A stretch of 56,235 nt of DNA, filler included, from Sphacelaria rigidula (lineage: Eukaryota): the NCBI GenBank assembly GCA_964200075.2. It is 6 parts of 6 records of this genome, joined end to end, with 100 filler letters (N's around TTAATTAATTAA, not from the genome) between each part and the next. Parts side by side here need not be neighbours in the genome. Positions count along the whole stretch, not along the records: positions 9,391 to 18,680 come from CAXNAA020008832.1; positions 18,781 to 28,069 come from CAXNAA020008833.1; 4 more parts are not named here. One strand, 5' to 3'. Position 1 is the first letter of the stretch; every line of letters starts with the position of its first letter. This document shows positions 11,719 through 23,694 of the stretch, piece by piece. The notes beneath the pieces were generated by a model. That model saw only the letters and a list, made by a program, of their open reading frames with translations. It did no database searches and was not told the DNA's origin. Position numbers and translations under genes: made by a program.

Positions 11719-14700
11719 TCACATCACGCTGCACCCTTCACTTTCCTTTGGTTTCGGCTCCTTGGCACCATTGTTGGCTAATTTGCTGGATGACTTCCGT
11801 TTTGCAGGCTTGACTCTGCTCACGGCGGCTGCAACGTCATCGCCAGAGGCGTCCAGGTCATCTTCCCCAGAATCCACGTTGCGAACCTGAAATGTGTAAA
11901 CGTCAGAGATCAGAAACATATCGGTGGTTGATGATACGCATGCCACAGCCAAGGAAATCGTCATCTCGATGTTTGAGACGTGGGGAGGGAATGGGGGGGA
12001 GGAGGGAGGATCGACGAAAACTTGCACGTTCAATTCAACTCTGTTCCTTGAGAAAGTGAAGGAACGTTGGACACAAATTATACGAATCATTTCGATAATA
12101 TCGTACTCGTGAGGTAATTTTGGACTAGCCAATTTCTAATCTTCACGTACCGACGGAAACACCGACAGGCTAGTGTTCAACCACATCCTGACAAACTACG
12201 GGGGATTATTTTAATTCTCTTCTGTTTTCTTGACGTCTCTCCTTGGAACATTTTGCTTGTTTCAGAGTCATATATATATATATATCGACTCTAGCACTTT
12301 TCGAGTGCCACGGAAGAATAATATGCGGGAAAATTCAAGAAATGCCGAATAACGAAACTCACCCAGCTCACCCGCTGACTACTTAATTTTGACTGTCGCG
12401 TATGAACCGATTCCCTTCCATCGCCCCGTCAACTCCGGCACCCAATCGACAAACATAATAGCGCAATCTTTCATCGCCTTGTTTCCCGCAATGAAGATTC
12501 CTCGTGTAACCCCCTACAGTTTGTTGTAGGCTGTTCTGTGTATATGTTACAATAGACACGAGTGCGCATGTTACTCCTCACATTCCCTCCGCAACAGTCC
12601 ATTTCACCGATGGTCCTCTTGGACGACGACTGCTTCTCGTTTTGATCCCTCACATTGTTCGTGCATGTAATGCACTGCCACCAATTGCCGCCAATATTCT
12701 CGTAGTCCACGTTTGAATCCCCCGTGCTTCCCTGCTTGTCGGCACAATCCAATCCGTCGAATCAGGAGAGCAGATCAGCGCGTGCGTGCATTCAGATCGA
12801 GCGCCCGGCCGTCAGCGCGACACAGCGGAGAAGGGCAATGGCGTGTTAGTGACAACAGACAGGCAGCACCGGGTACACTTGAGGTGCATGCGCTGACGAG
12901 CCGCAGGGGAGGGGGGTTGGCTGATGAAAGTTACAACTAAGAGGTGAGTGTTCGTTTTTTTCGTCAGTAGAAATCGCATTTTCCTCTCTCGTTGTATATT
13001 GGGGCAGAGAGCAGACTTTTTATAATGAATTTACAACGGGCGCACCCACCGCGGCTGGCGCAAGCATATACCGGCATAGCAGTATGTCCCGTGTACTCGT
13101 ATATGGCAAAAACAACTCTGAGAATCCCATGGCTCCCATCGAAGCTACCCAAAACATGATGAAGCGACGAGGAACCCAGCCGAGAACAGAACGGTGTGAA
13201 ATTGAGCTGTAGGATACACTGGCGACCATCTGGGGACTGCTCTTTTCCCTGGTCCTTCTTGCCTCTCGCGCAGCCTTCAAATCCATGGCCTTCTTTTCCT
13301 CAAATAGTCGCGCCTCTTCGACAGCAGCCGCGACCTGCGCTGCCGCCGCCTCTGCGGCCTCCCTCTCCTCATTCTCTCTCCGCATAGCCTCAAACTTCTC
13401 TCTCCACTCTTTCGCCTCCTGTTCAGCCTCCTGCCTCCCCTCAGCTTCTCTCTCCGCCTTCTCCGCAGCCTCCGCCAAGGTAATCCTTTCTCGCTCCGCC
13501 CTTGATACCTCCAGCTGCAACGTCAGCGAGGCGGCTGCGGCCCGCGCCTCTGCGTCCTCCCGCGCGCGTTCTGACGCTTCTTCTCCGGCTTCCTGCAACT
13601 TATCCCGAAGAGTGCGCATCTCTTCCTCGAGACTCGCACGAGCTGCGTCCATCCTCTCGATCTCCAACTGGCGTTCAGACACCGCCGCCTCCGCTTTGGT
13701 TTTCGCGTCCTCTTCGGCTTTAAGCAGCGCCAGTCGTTCGATCTCCGCGGCTTCGGCCGCCGCTGACGCTTCAGCCTCCCTATCGGCCGCTTGCTTCTCG
13801 GCAATCGCGACCAAACGCAAAGCTTCTTCCGCCTTCATCGCATTCTCGGCTGCCTTCGCCTCTGCTGCGAAGCGCGCGTTTGCTTCTTCGCTTACCCGCG
13901 CCGCCAACTCGGCCGCAGCGGCTTCTGCCGCCGCCTCGGCTCGTAGCTCCGCTTCTCGCTTGGCCTGTGCGACCGCCGCTTCATTTTCCAGCCTATCCAA
14001 CAACAACGTCAACACATTTTCGATCTCGGTTCTAACACGGGCAGCCTCGACACGCTCGACATGCGCGGCAGCCTCCTCCGCTCGCCGCTCAGCCTCTTCG
14101 GCCGCGTGAGCCAGTACCGCATCTCTTTCCACCGCGATTGCCAACGCTTCCAGCGATGCCTCTACTTCCGTTCTAATCCTTTTGTTTTCTTCCGCCTCCA
14201 GCTCTGCCTCGCGCTCACGAGTCGCCTTTGAGCGTTGTGTTTCCCAAGTGAACATTTGTCCATTTTATTTGCCGACGAGCAGAGAAGACGAGGAAAAGTA
14301 ATGGAACGGCGGACGGAGGAGGCGCCCAAGCGAGTGGTGGGCAAATCTGTCCGGGCGACTGGCCAGCAAGCAAGATTCTACTGGCGGCTGGCTTCTTACA
14401 CTAATCCAGAAGTGTGAAACCTAAAACTCGATTGGCTGTACGCGGCCAAAGAAAAGCATGGGCCGCAGATCCGATGAGCTGAAGTCTATGGTGCCAGGCT
14501 ACCCAAAATGTCAGCATGTACATGAGCAGACGCCAAAACACAACTGGAAATTAGATCATCCTCACAATTAGTGACAAAGCACAAAAAAGGCCGGCACACC
14601 AATGGATACAATTCTTTTTAGCAGCGCCCGGTACAGAACACAGGAAGAAGGCCTGGACGACAAAGCAGAAGCCACAAAGCTCCTCTACACTACAGAAGCT

Positions 14701-14781
14701 ACAGGCAGGCCAGAAGGCGTGTAATACCTTGGCTTCGGCCTCCGCCAGCTCTCGCTTTATCTCCTCTGCGCTCACTGGCTC
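11719..14781 (-). CDS. 3' part of gene for a long Ala/Glu/Arg-rich alpha-helical (coiled-coil/SAH) protein with C-terminal polybasic region and CaaX motif (GCSVM*); exons 14781-14728, 14225-~13227, 11886-11719
   Basis: cag|EPVSAEEIKRELAEAEAK|gtatta; aag|ATREREAELEAEENKRIR... (~333 stop-free codons); tttcag|VRNVDSGEDD...KPAKRKSSSK...KESEGCSVM-TGA. All junctions phase 0. The donor of the large exon is non-consensus and uncertain. Confidence 0.8.
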
Positions 14782-16307
14782 CTGTCGCACAACACAATTC
14801 ATATCGCGCGTATGCACAACACAACATAACCGGTTGAGTACGACGAACGGTAACGACCGCCACTAACGGCGGATGAACCCGCCGACCACGTGTACGCATG
14901 TTTATTCTGCTGTCGCTAGCTTACACGCGCAAAACAACTAAAAACGGTCGGTACGGAACCACTTCACCCCCACCCCAATTGTACGTGGCTTCGTAGCACA
15001 ATCACTATTCCGCAACACCCCAACGGAACGAAAGCATAACACTCTAGCCAATGCCTCGACCGTGCGCTTAGCAACCCAGGTGCTTCTGTGATACTCCACA
15101 AAGCGCGAAACAAGGATGAACGACGCTTCCACGGGGCGACCACATCTCGTTTATGCGTCGCAGCGCAATGTCACGCTACAGCCACATATGATATGTCCAC
15201 ACATCTCGCATGCCAGCGTTACCCTATCGCAAAACACGACCCTCAGTATTGCCATGTTCTTTTCGTCTCGTTGAGCTTGAATCTTGCTTAATGCACGAAA
15301 TCCCCCAACACGGGCCTCGGTCCTGACTTGTCGTTCAATACCAAAAATACCACATAGAGGCACATGACACATCCACAAAGCAAACCTACAAGGCGGCACA
15401 CGGGCAAGGGGATAGGGGTTATACCCCAGATCTACATACCAGAGTTTGACGGCATGACGCCTGTCACCCCCGACGAAGACGGGCGTTTCCTTTTTAAACG
15501 ACTCGACCTCACAAGCACGTTACAACGCCAGAAAAAGAACGCAGCACATATCATGGCGACCAATAGATCGAAAGCTTGAACATTGTCACAAATACGAGTG
15601 TGCGTTGTGCTCACACAGGATAAGTGAACCCTTCAGTATTGAGCATTCCTGTGGAGACAATGATTTAGTTGACATTCTCTTCACGCAGTTCTATCCGATT
15701 ATTCCGCCAAAATGCGAGATTGTCAGACCCGCGCACGTGCGGAAGGTTAAGGGGTGATACGCTTGGTCGATCACTCCATCGTCTCGTGAGGGTACACCAG
15801 TACACAGAGTACAGGAGGGGGTTTTACGTCTTTGCACATCGTGGCACATTCCATGACCGTGGCAGGGGCCAAGACACAAGCACGCCGTGCTGCGCCAGAA
15901 ACCTGACTTACTTGTAAGTGACGATTTAGAAACGTGGGTTTTCACACTATATTCCCATTCAGTATTGAAATTCACCACAACGACTCTACACACTGGACCA
16001 TAACCACACACTGCACCATAACCACACACTTGACCAGTGTAAGCCCAGGAAAGATGCCTGTGCAGATACGATTTGACGAAAACGACTCGAGCACAGCGGG
16101 GTGCCTGCTTTGTATGCATATCGTACATAGTTCTACATGATATATTTGTGCACGTTCCCCCAGCAATGGGGGGTCCAATACGGGGACCGAAGGGGCCAAC
16201 TCTGTCGGTATTGACCTGAGACGCGATCAGTCGATGACAAAACAGAAACATCCGCCGACACAACACTGAACTCCAGCTGCAAACGAGACATTCGAAGGTT
16301 TTGCTCA

Positions 16308-16603
16308 GGAGGGCACGATTTTTTGTATATCCGGGTAAATGCCCTGGGTATTTTTCTGAAAGTCCCTCATACCGGTACCCGACAGTTCTGATATGTTTAC
16401 GATTCTGTTACCCTTACCCAGAGTACGAGTATTCCTTGTAGGAATACCCGGTGGGTGAGGGTTTCTTCGAATCCTCCATACCGTACCCGACAGGCCTGTA
16501 AGTTCTGTAAAACATCCATACCGGTACCTGACAGGTTCTGTGAGTTCTGTAATAAATCTCAAAATCCTACCGAACATACCCGCACCCTACAGAACACAAA
16601 CTT
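16308..16603. repeat. Non-autonomous DNA-transposon-like repeat with internal CATACCGGTACC...AGTTCTG subrepeats
   Basis: Three related CATACC(G)GTACC(C/T)GACAG...AGTTCTG units at ~16367, ~16477 and ~16517. Confidence 0.55.
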
Positions 16604-17059
16604 GGTAAGATCAATGACCTTACCTAGGTCAAACAGTCCTGATCTTTCCATAGCCGTATGAATCATCACCACCTGGCGCCCGGTTGGAGTCTTGCAGCCA
16701 CGACAGCTAGATTTTACCATGGTTCCCCGTCAGGTACCCCGTGGCTCTGGCAAGTGACAAAATTCGCTAAACACTGTACAAAAAGATACTCAGGGTCACG
16801 GCAAGTGCGCAACCGCCATGGTAGAGGAAATGAAAGGGTCAAGAAATAATCTAACACCCCTGGCTGAAGAAACAGCAAGCCAGCTGGCTGCACGTTGGGC
16901 TGCCACACATATGGTGGTTGCGTCAACTTTGTACCCCCCCTCCCCCCCTCCCTGCGCCCCAGAGCACGCCAATAAGCCCTCAGGCCTATTTCGCAAGCTT
17001 GGTGATTTCGGGGCAATGCTGGCGCACCTCTCGCATGTTTCGACGTCTTGCACTGTAGT

Positions 17060-17666
17060 ATCTACTGCTCATTTTCCCTGAATACAGACTCTTTTCATCA
17101 GCGGCTCAAGACAACACATGAAGAACAACCAGTATACCATCGCCTTCCACTGGATACGATCGGTGGGTACATGAGAAACCGAGGAGCGGAAAGCCCGTAA
17201 TTCGGTTGAAGTTGATCAACGGAAAAGAGAACAAAATGTGGGATTTGTGTAGCATAATGAATGTCCATCCATACTCCAGTTTGAGCGTTCACTGGCGAAC
17301 GTAATTAGTCCCTCTGTTGTGCGTTGTCATCCCATCTACTCTGGACGCCAGTTCACACTCGGTAATGTGGGGGCGCATCAGCCCGTGTCACACACGAGGA
17401 ATGTCGACACAGGAGTGCTTTCTTTCTTTTGTGTTGTAGTATCCACCTTCCTCCTGCTATGCTTGCCTTATTTTTCATTGCGAGAGGGGTTCAGCGATCC
17501 CTTTTCCTCGTCGAGCGTCATGTCGAATTTCATACGCCCGACATTGTCGATCTCCACTGTTGGGCATGGTGTGAGAAAATAGCCCAGACCATGTGGCTTC
17601 CTCGAGATTCGAACCCACGACCCAACCGTCAAAAGGATTCGCGGTTACCAACTGAGCCACCGAGGC
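17060..17666 (-). mobile_element. tRNA-derived SINE
   Basis: Minus-strand head GCCTCGGTGGCTCAGTTGGTAACC...GGGTTCGAATCTCGAGG has Pol III A and B boxes but poor cloverleaf stems. The body segment GGCGTCCAGAGTAGATGGGATGACAAC recurs at ~18800. Distal end approximate. Confidence 0.75.
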
Positions 17667-17960
17667 AATCGATGCACTGTGCTTCGGAAAAATATGAAAG
17701 AAAGTACGGCTTAGGAATTGGATATGTGGTTCTTGTACACCCCCCAAAAATCAGTGGCCAATCCGAACGCGGACGATTGATTACCCAGCCGGACGCGCAC
17801 GTTACTGCAGCAAGTTTCAATCATGGTCTCTCGGCATGTACCTGTATATTGAGACATATTGCTTGTTCATAGGTAAGAGCTGACTCGTGTAAACCACAAG
17901 CAAGTGACGAAGGGCGGAGCACACGAATAAAAAACAGAATCGTTCCGAGAGCACAACAAA

Positions 17961-18399
17961 CAGCCGATCATCGAAATGGAGGATGGAGCTTTTCATTGAG
18001 GACGAGAACCCGGAGCATGAAAATTTTCGTATCCACACCCAATCTTTTAAGTACGATTTCATTCCTCCACCTACTGGTGGCTATTGACAAGTACTTCACA
18101 TCATACAAATTGTGATTTCGACAACCGAAATGTTGGGGGTCGTAGGTGAAAAACTCATTTCGGGGAATTTCTGCGATCGATCGGATCAACGAATCCCCCG
18201 GAATTGTTTTTTCATCCAGGACCCCAACATTTCGGTTATCAAAATCAAAATTTGCAGGGCGTGTAGCAGTTGTCAAGGGCGACCAGTAGGTGAAGGAATG
18301 GAACCATATTTCAAAGATTTGGTGCGGATACGAATATTTCAATCCTCCGGGTTCTAATCCTCCATGAAAAGCTCCATCCTCAATTTTGATGATCGGCTG
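17961..18399. mobile_element. Foldback element/MITE: ~440-bp imperfect palindrome
   Basis: CAGCCGATCATCGAAATGGAGGATGGAGCTTTTCAT... mirrored by ...ATGAAAAGCTCCATCCTCAATTTTGATGATCGGCTG; complementarity continues to a centre near 18178. Confidence 0.88.
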
Positions 18400-18603
18400 T
18401 TCACACCTCTAGAGAGATCACCCAACACCAACGACAACAAGTAATCACCTCAGATCCCGCATCGGATACGCCATCGTACTCGTGCGCCGGAGAAACAAGG
18501 ACGGATCGTCTCTTGACAGGTAGATCGTTGGCAGTCACGAGCTCCTTCAGGATACCATGTCGTCATCCGCAAGGTGACGGTGCAGGCGGAGACGCAAGAA
18601 TGT

Positions 18604-18680
18604 AAGGGTCGGACAAATAATGATTTGTCTGGAAATTACTTGATTTTAGTATGATGAGTCGACTCGTGACGAATCAATGC
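18604..18680 (+). mobile_element. AAGGGTCGGACAA-family repeat truncated by contig end
   Basis: Very similar to 9225-9290. Confidence 0.7.
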
Positions 18681-18780
18681 NNNNNNNNNNNNNNNNNNNN
18701 NNNNNNNNNNNNNNNNNNNNNNNNTTAATTAATTAANNNNNNNNNNNNNNNNNNNNNNNNNNNNNNNNNNNNNNNNNNNN
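18681..18780. other. Artificial contig linker
   Basis: N44-TTAATTAATTAA-N44. Confidence 0.98.
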
Positions 18781-18880
18781 CATATACCGAAAGGTGTAGA
18801 CCGGCGCCCAGAATAGATGGGACGACAACACACACACAACACACTGGAAATAAGCTTCGTCAAACAGACTGTCGGAGACA
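18781..18880 (+). mobile_element. Fragment related to the SINE body at ~17290-17370
   Basis: GACCGGCGCCCAGAATAGATGGGACGACAACACACAC vs AACTGGCGTCCAGAGTAGATGGGATGACAACGCACAAC. Confidence 0.5.
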
Positions 18881-21800
18881 TGACAACTTATCCCAAGGCT
18901 CGACGCGTTGATCGAGGAGATTTGTTGAATCATGACACTCTTTTCTTTGCAATATGGAAAGTGGAGTGCAGCCTTCAATCGAAAGCTCCATTCCTTCGTG
19001 AAAGATCAACGAGTTTCTCAACGGGGGCAGGGTACTGGACACTTTCTACGATAGCCCCCCCCTCCAAACCAGCCCAAAAGTGTCACGAAAAAAGTGGCCA
19101 TATAGCGCCTCATGTTTGGGTTCAGGCTGCATGAAGCGCCTCATATTGGCAACATTGGCGAGAACGAGCCCAAGCGTGGGAATTCTCAGCTGCTCGTTGT
19201 GCTCGGCTTTACCCATTTCGATTTACGTGAAGATTTTGCTTCCCAAAACCATGCACTTTTGGGGGGGGGCTATCATCGTAGAAAGTGTCACTGGAAGCAA
19301 CAATAGGCCGAGTCCAAACGATCGAATATGATCAACAGCCCGGGAAGCATGGCCGCTTCGGGGAGGACTGCAAGCACGCGCAGCGCGCACACACTATCAA
19401 GACTTCGTGGTGATCATGATGTTGACTCATAATCAATCGGCGATGACACGTGTTGAGCAGCGAACTCAGGAGACGTGTCGACAGACACAGACGACGGGTG
19501 GTGAAAAATGGCCAAGAAAATGTATTTTTCATATTTCATTAAATGAAATCCCCACGTGGACAAGAAAAGTTCACCCCAACTCGAACACGAAATGCACCGT
19601 CTCCAAACTCGCCAGGCCTTCACAGACCCTTCTCCACTCGTCTTTCCACCGCTGCGGTGCTGCCGAAGACGTGCACATACGACACCGGCGTCTTGCTGCA
19701 CGTGGGGTATACAGTATAAAAACGCTACCAATATTTTACATGCCAAAGTCTGGAGAGCCAAGATCATAACGACAAAAGTGCGCGCTTTGCGCAAAGCCAC
19801 TACACGCAAAAAACCCTCGGTGGATCTTTTCTCCATCCTTTCATCTCATTTTGGTACGTGCAGCCGGTCCGAGGAACGACAAATGTGACGCAACACACGA
19901 CGAACACATACGCGCACGCTCACAGACTGACTTCGCGCCCTACGAGAAACAGGATGACATCGTTTTGTTCCCGCGGGGGGGGGGGGGGAATGCAAAATGC
20001 AAAACTCAACTCGCCACAACTCAACAACACCACAAATTCAACACGACGACCAACTTAATAGAAAAAATAACAAAAAACATTCATGTTCAAGCTCCCCCAG
20101 CAAGCAACCACTGCGTAAGTCACATCCACCATCACTCGAATAATTTGAGCTACCGAGGCGGTTGTCACTAATCCCACGAGAAAACAGGGGATGGTAACGC
20201 AAAAATCTAGCGCCAATAAAAGGTATGCCATAGACGCAGCGGTCGAAAAAGAAGGTGTCGCCACCAGCAAAATAAAATTCGACAAAAACTCTCACCCCAC
20301 AACTTCAAAAGCGGCGATAAGCCACCGCTGTTGTCTCACTGCGCCTAAAAAAACACTCAACAGCACACGACAAACGAGCGAGACTGACCATGCTACCCGA
20401 CACGAACCATGAACACGAAAAGTTATCAACCGGAAACTTGCCCATTCATCACTAATCCCGTAATAAGTGAAAAATCTAAGCGTTCTTCATTTGGGGTATT
20501 TACCCCGAGACTCCACAAATATGAGCGATCCTGATAAATGGCAAACTATTCAATATTTCACCGATCGGAAAAGTAAACGGATGACCCTAATCAACACTAT
20601 AAAGCGATACAACATCGTAACTGAGAACAAGTCATAATCCTACCTTACTCCTATCCCCTGCGTATTTGCACAAGATCCCTCGTCATTCCCCATTCCCAAG
20701 TACGTGCCAGTACACCCGACCTACTTTATCGCCGGCACGGCGTCCCGACCGCCACCCATCAAATAGTTGCTACACAGTGTGATACGCGTGCCCGGAGACC
20801 TTTGTACACACAAATATCGAAAGCTATGCGCCATCGAGACAAAACCCGAAACTAGAAAAAAAAGCGTGGACAAACAACAAAAACTAAAACAGCGCACGCA
20901 GAGACGGTTCGAACTGTCTGACGACCACGAGACATATGACTGATGCACCGAACACACACACGCACGCACTCAACACAGAACCAACAAGACTACCACATAA
21001 TTACCGTCTGGCGCTCCGGGATCACGTATCACAGGTACCACATTCATCTATCGCGAGTAAAAAAAAGAGAAACCAACAAGAAGAGTCGCCGACGAGAACA
21101 AACTCGCCGAGGAAAACTTAGTCCAAACCTTGTCGGTCACTAAAAACGAAAGACCATGTGCAGCGGGAAAGCTAACAACGAATGTCTTCGTACTACTTAT
21201 ACTGCGGGTCGCACAGTTCGTCTACAAAGAATTTCCGCGGCAAGCAGATGTGTGCAGTCACTTCCACACCCGCTGAACGAGACTTTCCCCCTACCTTTCC
21301 CTCCCTTCCCAACTCACCCGTCCCCACCACCATCCCAATCTACTTTGTCACGCTATCACGTACGTTGAGCCCCCTTCTTTTCTTTTTCAACCGGCCTGTC
21401 GTTCGACATTCCGCCACAAGCTTTCTTCATTCAACGTCACATCACCTGTCTTCACATATCAAATCTTTCAACAAGCGAGCATCAAGACTGAAGAGAGCGA
21501 CATCCCTAATTCTTCTCCCCCTCCCCTCCCCCCCTCATTACGAATGAAGGGGTCGCACGAGCCGCCAGAAAGCCCGGGCTCCAGAAGATTTTTCACCTCT
21601 GCCGTCCCCCTCCATCCGTCCCCCTCGCTACGCTATACTGCCACCATTTTTTGTTTTTGAACGGTCTACTTCCATGTTTATTGTACACATGCAAGAAAAT
21701 CGTCCACATGAAGTGCCCGCAGCAAACACGCCTACAACGTATGTAAGCACGCCAGGCACGTGCACCCCAACGGTGGACGAACAACACAAATTTCACACAT

Positions 21801-22659
21801 TTTTCTTCGTACCCTGCTTTTATCCATGCACTCAAACATCCTAGTTGTTGACGATCCCAGCCTGCAACCTGCAACTAGATTCATCCAAGATAAGGTCCCG
21901 ACATTAAACATACGGTTCAATTTCGCACGTGAACTCCTCAGTGAGAAGTGACGACATCACCGTAGAGGAACATCGCTGGACACTTTTCTTCGGTAGTATT
22001 ATACATCCTAAATATTTCATCTACGAAACCATCACATTTAATCGCCAAACGTCGAACAAAATGCGTCGGAAATCAGCGCATATAAGGCAATAATGGCAAG
22101 AGCTGTACAGTATCCAGCAGCGCACCTTGTTGAAGAGGCGAAATCTATAAAAAAAAACACTTGACAATTAAACGCTGCGTTCAATGCACAAGAGAACGAC
22201 TCGCGCTGTACATTATACGAAGCAACCTCCATACACCGCAGAAAACAAGGAGGATCCATATGCCCCACAACAAGCACAAAAAATCTCCCTCCGGATGTAG
22301 TGGAAGTGGGGTACGGTAAAGCACAATGGACGACATGACGTGCGGTACGATACCGCTTTGCGGCTTGCTACGACGGCACATGAAGAAAGCGAAAGACGAA
22401 AAAACACGCGCATTCCAAAGAAACCGCGAAGGTCTCGCGCTTTCTTCGCTTGCCGACGCTAAAAACTCGGCATTCGGGATAGCAAGGAATCTCTTCTCCG
22501 CTCAATGAAAAATGCGGGCTCGCTACATGTAAGACCGAAAGACACACTACACTCACCGCTACCATGTGGGTGAAACAAAAAAATCGCAAGTAAGACCGAC
22601 AAAAAAAACGGAGGATTCAAGGTTCATCTCCGAAAAGTGCATGGGTATCATTTTATTTT

Positions 22660-23694
22660 CTATGCCCATGAGGATCCGAGACTCTGACCGTGATACACCA
22701 TCATCCAGCGCTTCTCGCTCCTCTCCTTGAGCTTGTCTCCGTCAAACATGATACTTCCCAGAAGCTGCCTCTGAAGGTGCTCCTTCGACTTTCGCGCCCC
22801 GACGGCAACAGTCCTGCCCTCGTCATCCATCACATCGCACGGGCACCCGTTTTCCCGGCACCACTTGAGCACGTGGCGATGGCCCCTCACCCAAGCCCAC
22901 CGACAGGTTTCCTTTTCCCAGGGGCAACCGTTCCTCCTGGCCCACTGAAGCACTTCAAGATGTCCACCCGCTGCAGCCGCGTTGCATGTCTCCTCATCCC
23001 ACACACAGCCGTTCCTGCGCGCCCACTGAAGCAAGCCTAGATGACCTCCTTGCGCCGCCCTGCGGCATACGTCGGCGTCCCAGTCGCAACCCTTTCTTCG
23101 AGCCCACTTCAATACGGACAGATGCCCATGACCCGCAGCTTCATTGCACGTCTCCTCATCCCAGGGACAGCCCTTGCCTCGACACCACCTCAAGATATCG
23201 AGGTGCCCGCCGGCCGCGGCGCCTGCACACGTGCCCTCGTCCCAATCGCACCCGTTGTCGCGACACCATTGGAGGGCGTCGAGGTGACCGCCCTTGGCGG
23301 CCCACTTGCATGTCCACCAGTTCCAGGGACAGTCCTCGGAACGAAGCCATGCAAGGACCGGAATGTGGCCGCCTTCCGCCGCTGCCATGCATACAGAGTT
23401 TCCCCACGGGCAGTCATTCGCGCGCGCCGACTGGAGTAGGTCGAGTTTCCCAAGCCTCGCGGATTCATTGCAGATGGTGAGGGTGCGACGCAGGCCGGAG
23501 TCGAAGCTGTAGAAGAGCTGGGTGACAGTGGTGTAGCGCGTGATGGCCCTAGTGGTGGTGGGACGATGGTTGAACGTCCAAGCGTCTCGGAAACTAGTCG
23601 AGACGCGAGCGAAGAAGAGGTACTGCTCATTGTCAACGAACTCTGCAAGGCAGCCGATGATGTCAGCATTGGTCTCCAGCGGGTTGACAGCCAT
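22660..23694 (-). CDS. Intronless ankyrin-repeat protein (8 x 27-aa 'TC..AA.GGHL..L.W.R..GC.WD' repeats) with F-box-like N-terminus; giant-virus-type family
   Basis: 344-aa ORF; repeats such as EETCNAAAAGGHLEVLQWARRNGCPWE; N-terminal ADIIGCLAEFVDNEQYLFFARVSTSFRDAW. Confidence 0.92.
   Translation of the reverse strand: MAVNPLETNADIIGCLAEFVDNEQYLFFARVSTSFRDAWTFNHRPTTTRAITRYTTVTQLFYSFDSGLRRTLTICNESARLGKLDLLQSARANDCPWGNSVCMAAAEGGHIPVLAWLRSEDCPWNWWTCKWAAKGGHLDALQWCRDNGCDWDEGTCAGAAAGGHLDILRWCRGKGCPWDEETCNEAAGHGHLSVLKWARRKGCDWDADVCRRAAQGGHLGLLQWARRNGCVWDEETCNAAAAGGHLEVLQWARRNGCPWEKETCRWAWVRGHRHVLKWCRENGCPCDVMDDEGRTVAVGARKSKEHLQRQLLGSIMFDGDKLKERSEKRWMMVYHGQSLGSSWA

Noticed and set aside
13285..14109. 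274-aa Ala/Ser-rich + strand ORF
   Set aside because: Antisense shadow of the Ala/Glu-rich minus-strand exon.
15440..15507. Possible further upstream exon of the CaaX gene (VESFKKETPVFVGGDRRHAVKL)
   Set aside because: Donor GTATGT is good, but the phase does not fit the next exon and the acceptor (GAG) is weak.
17595..17666. tRNA gene
   Set aside because: A and B boxes are present but the acceptor, anticodon and T stems pair poorly; treated as a SINE head.
22830..23480. 81-bp periodic DNA repeats resembling a CRISPR-like array
   Set aside because: They are the in-frame 27-aa ankyrin repeats; no constant repeat/unique spacer structure, and the context is eukaryotic.
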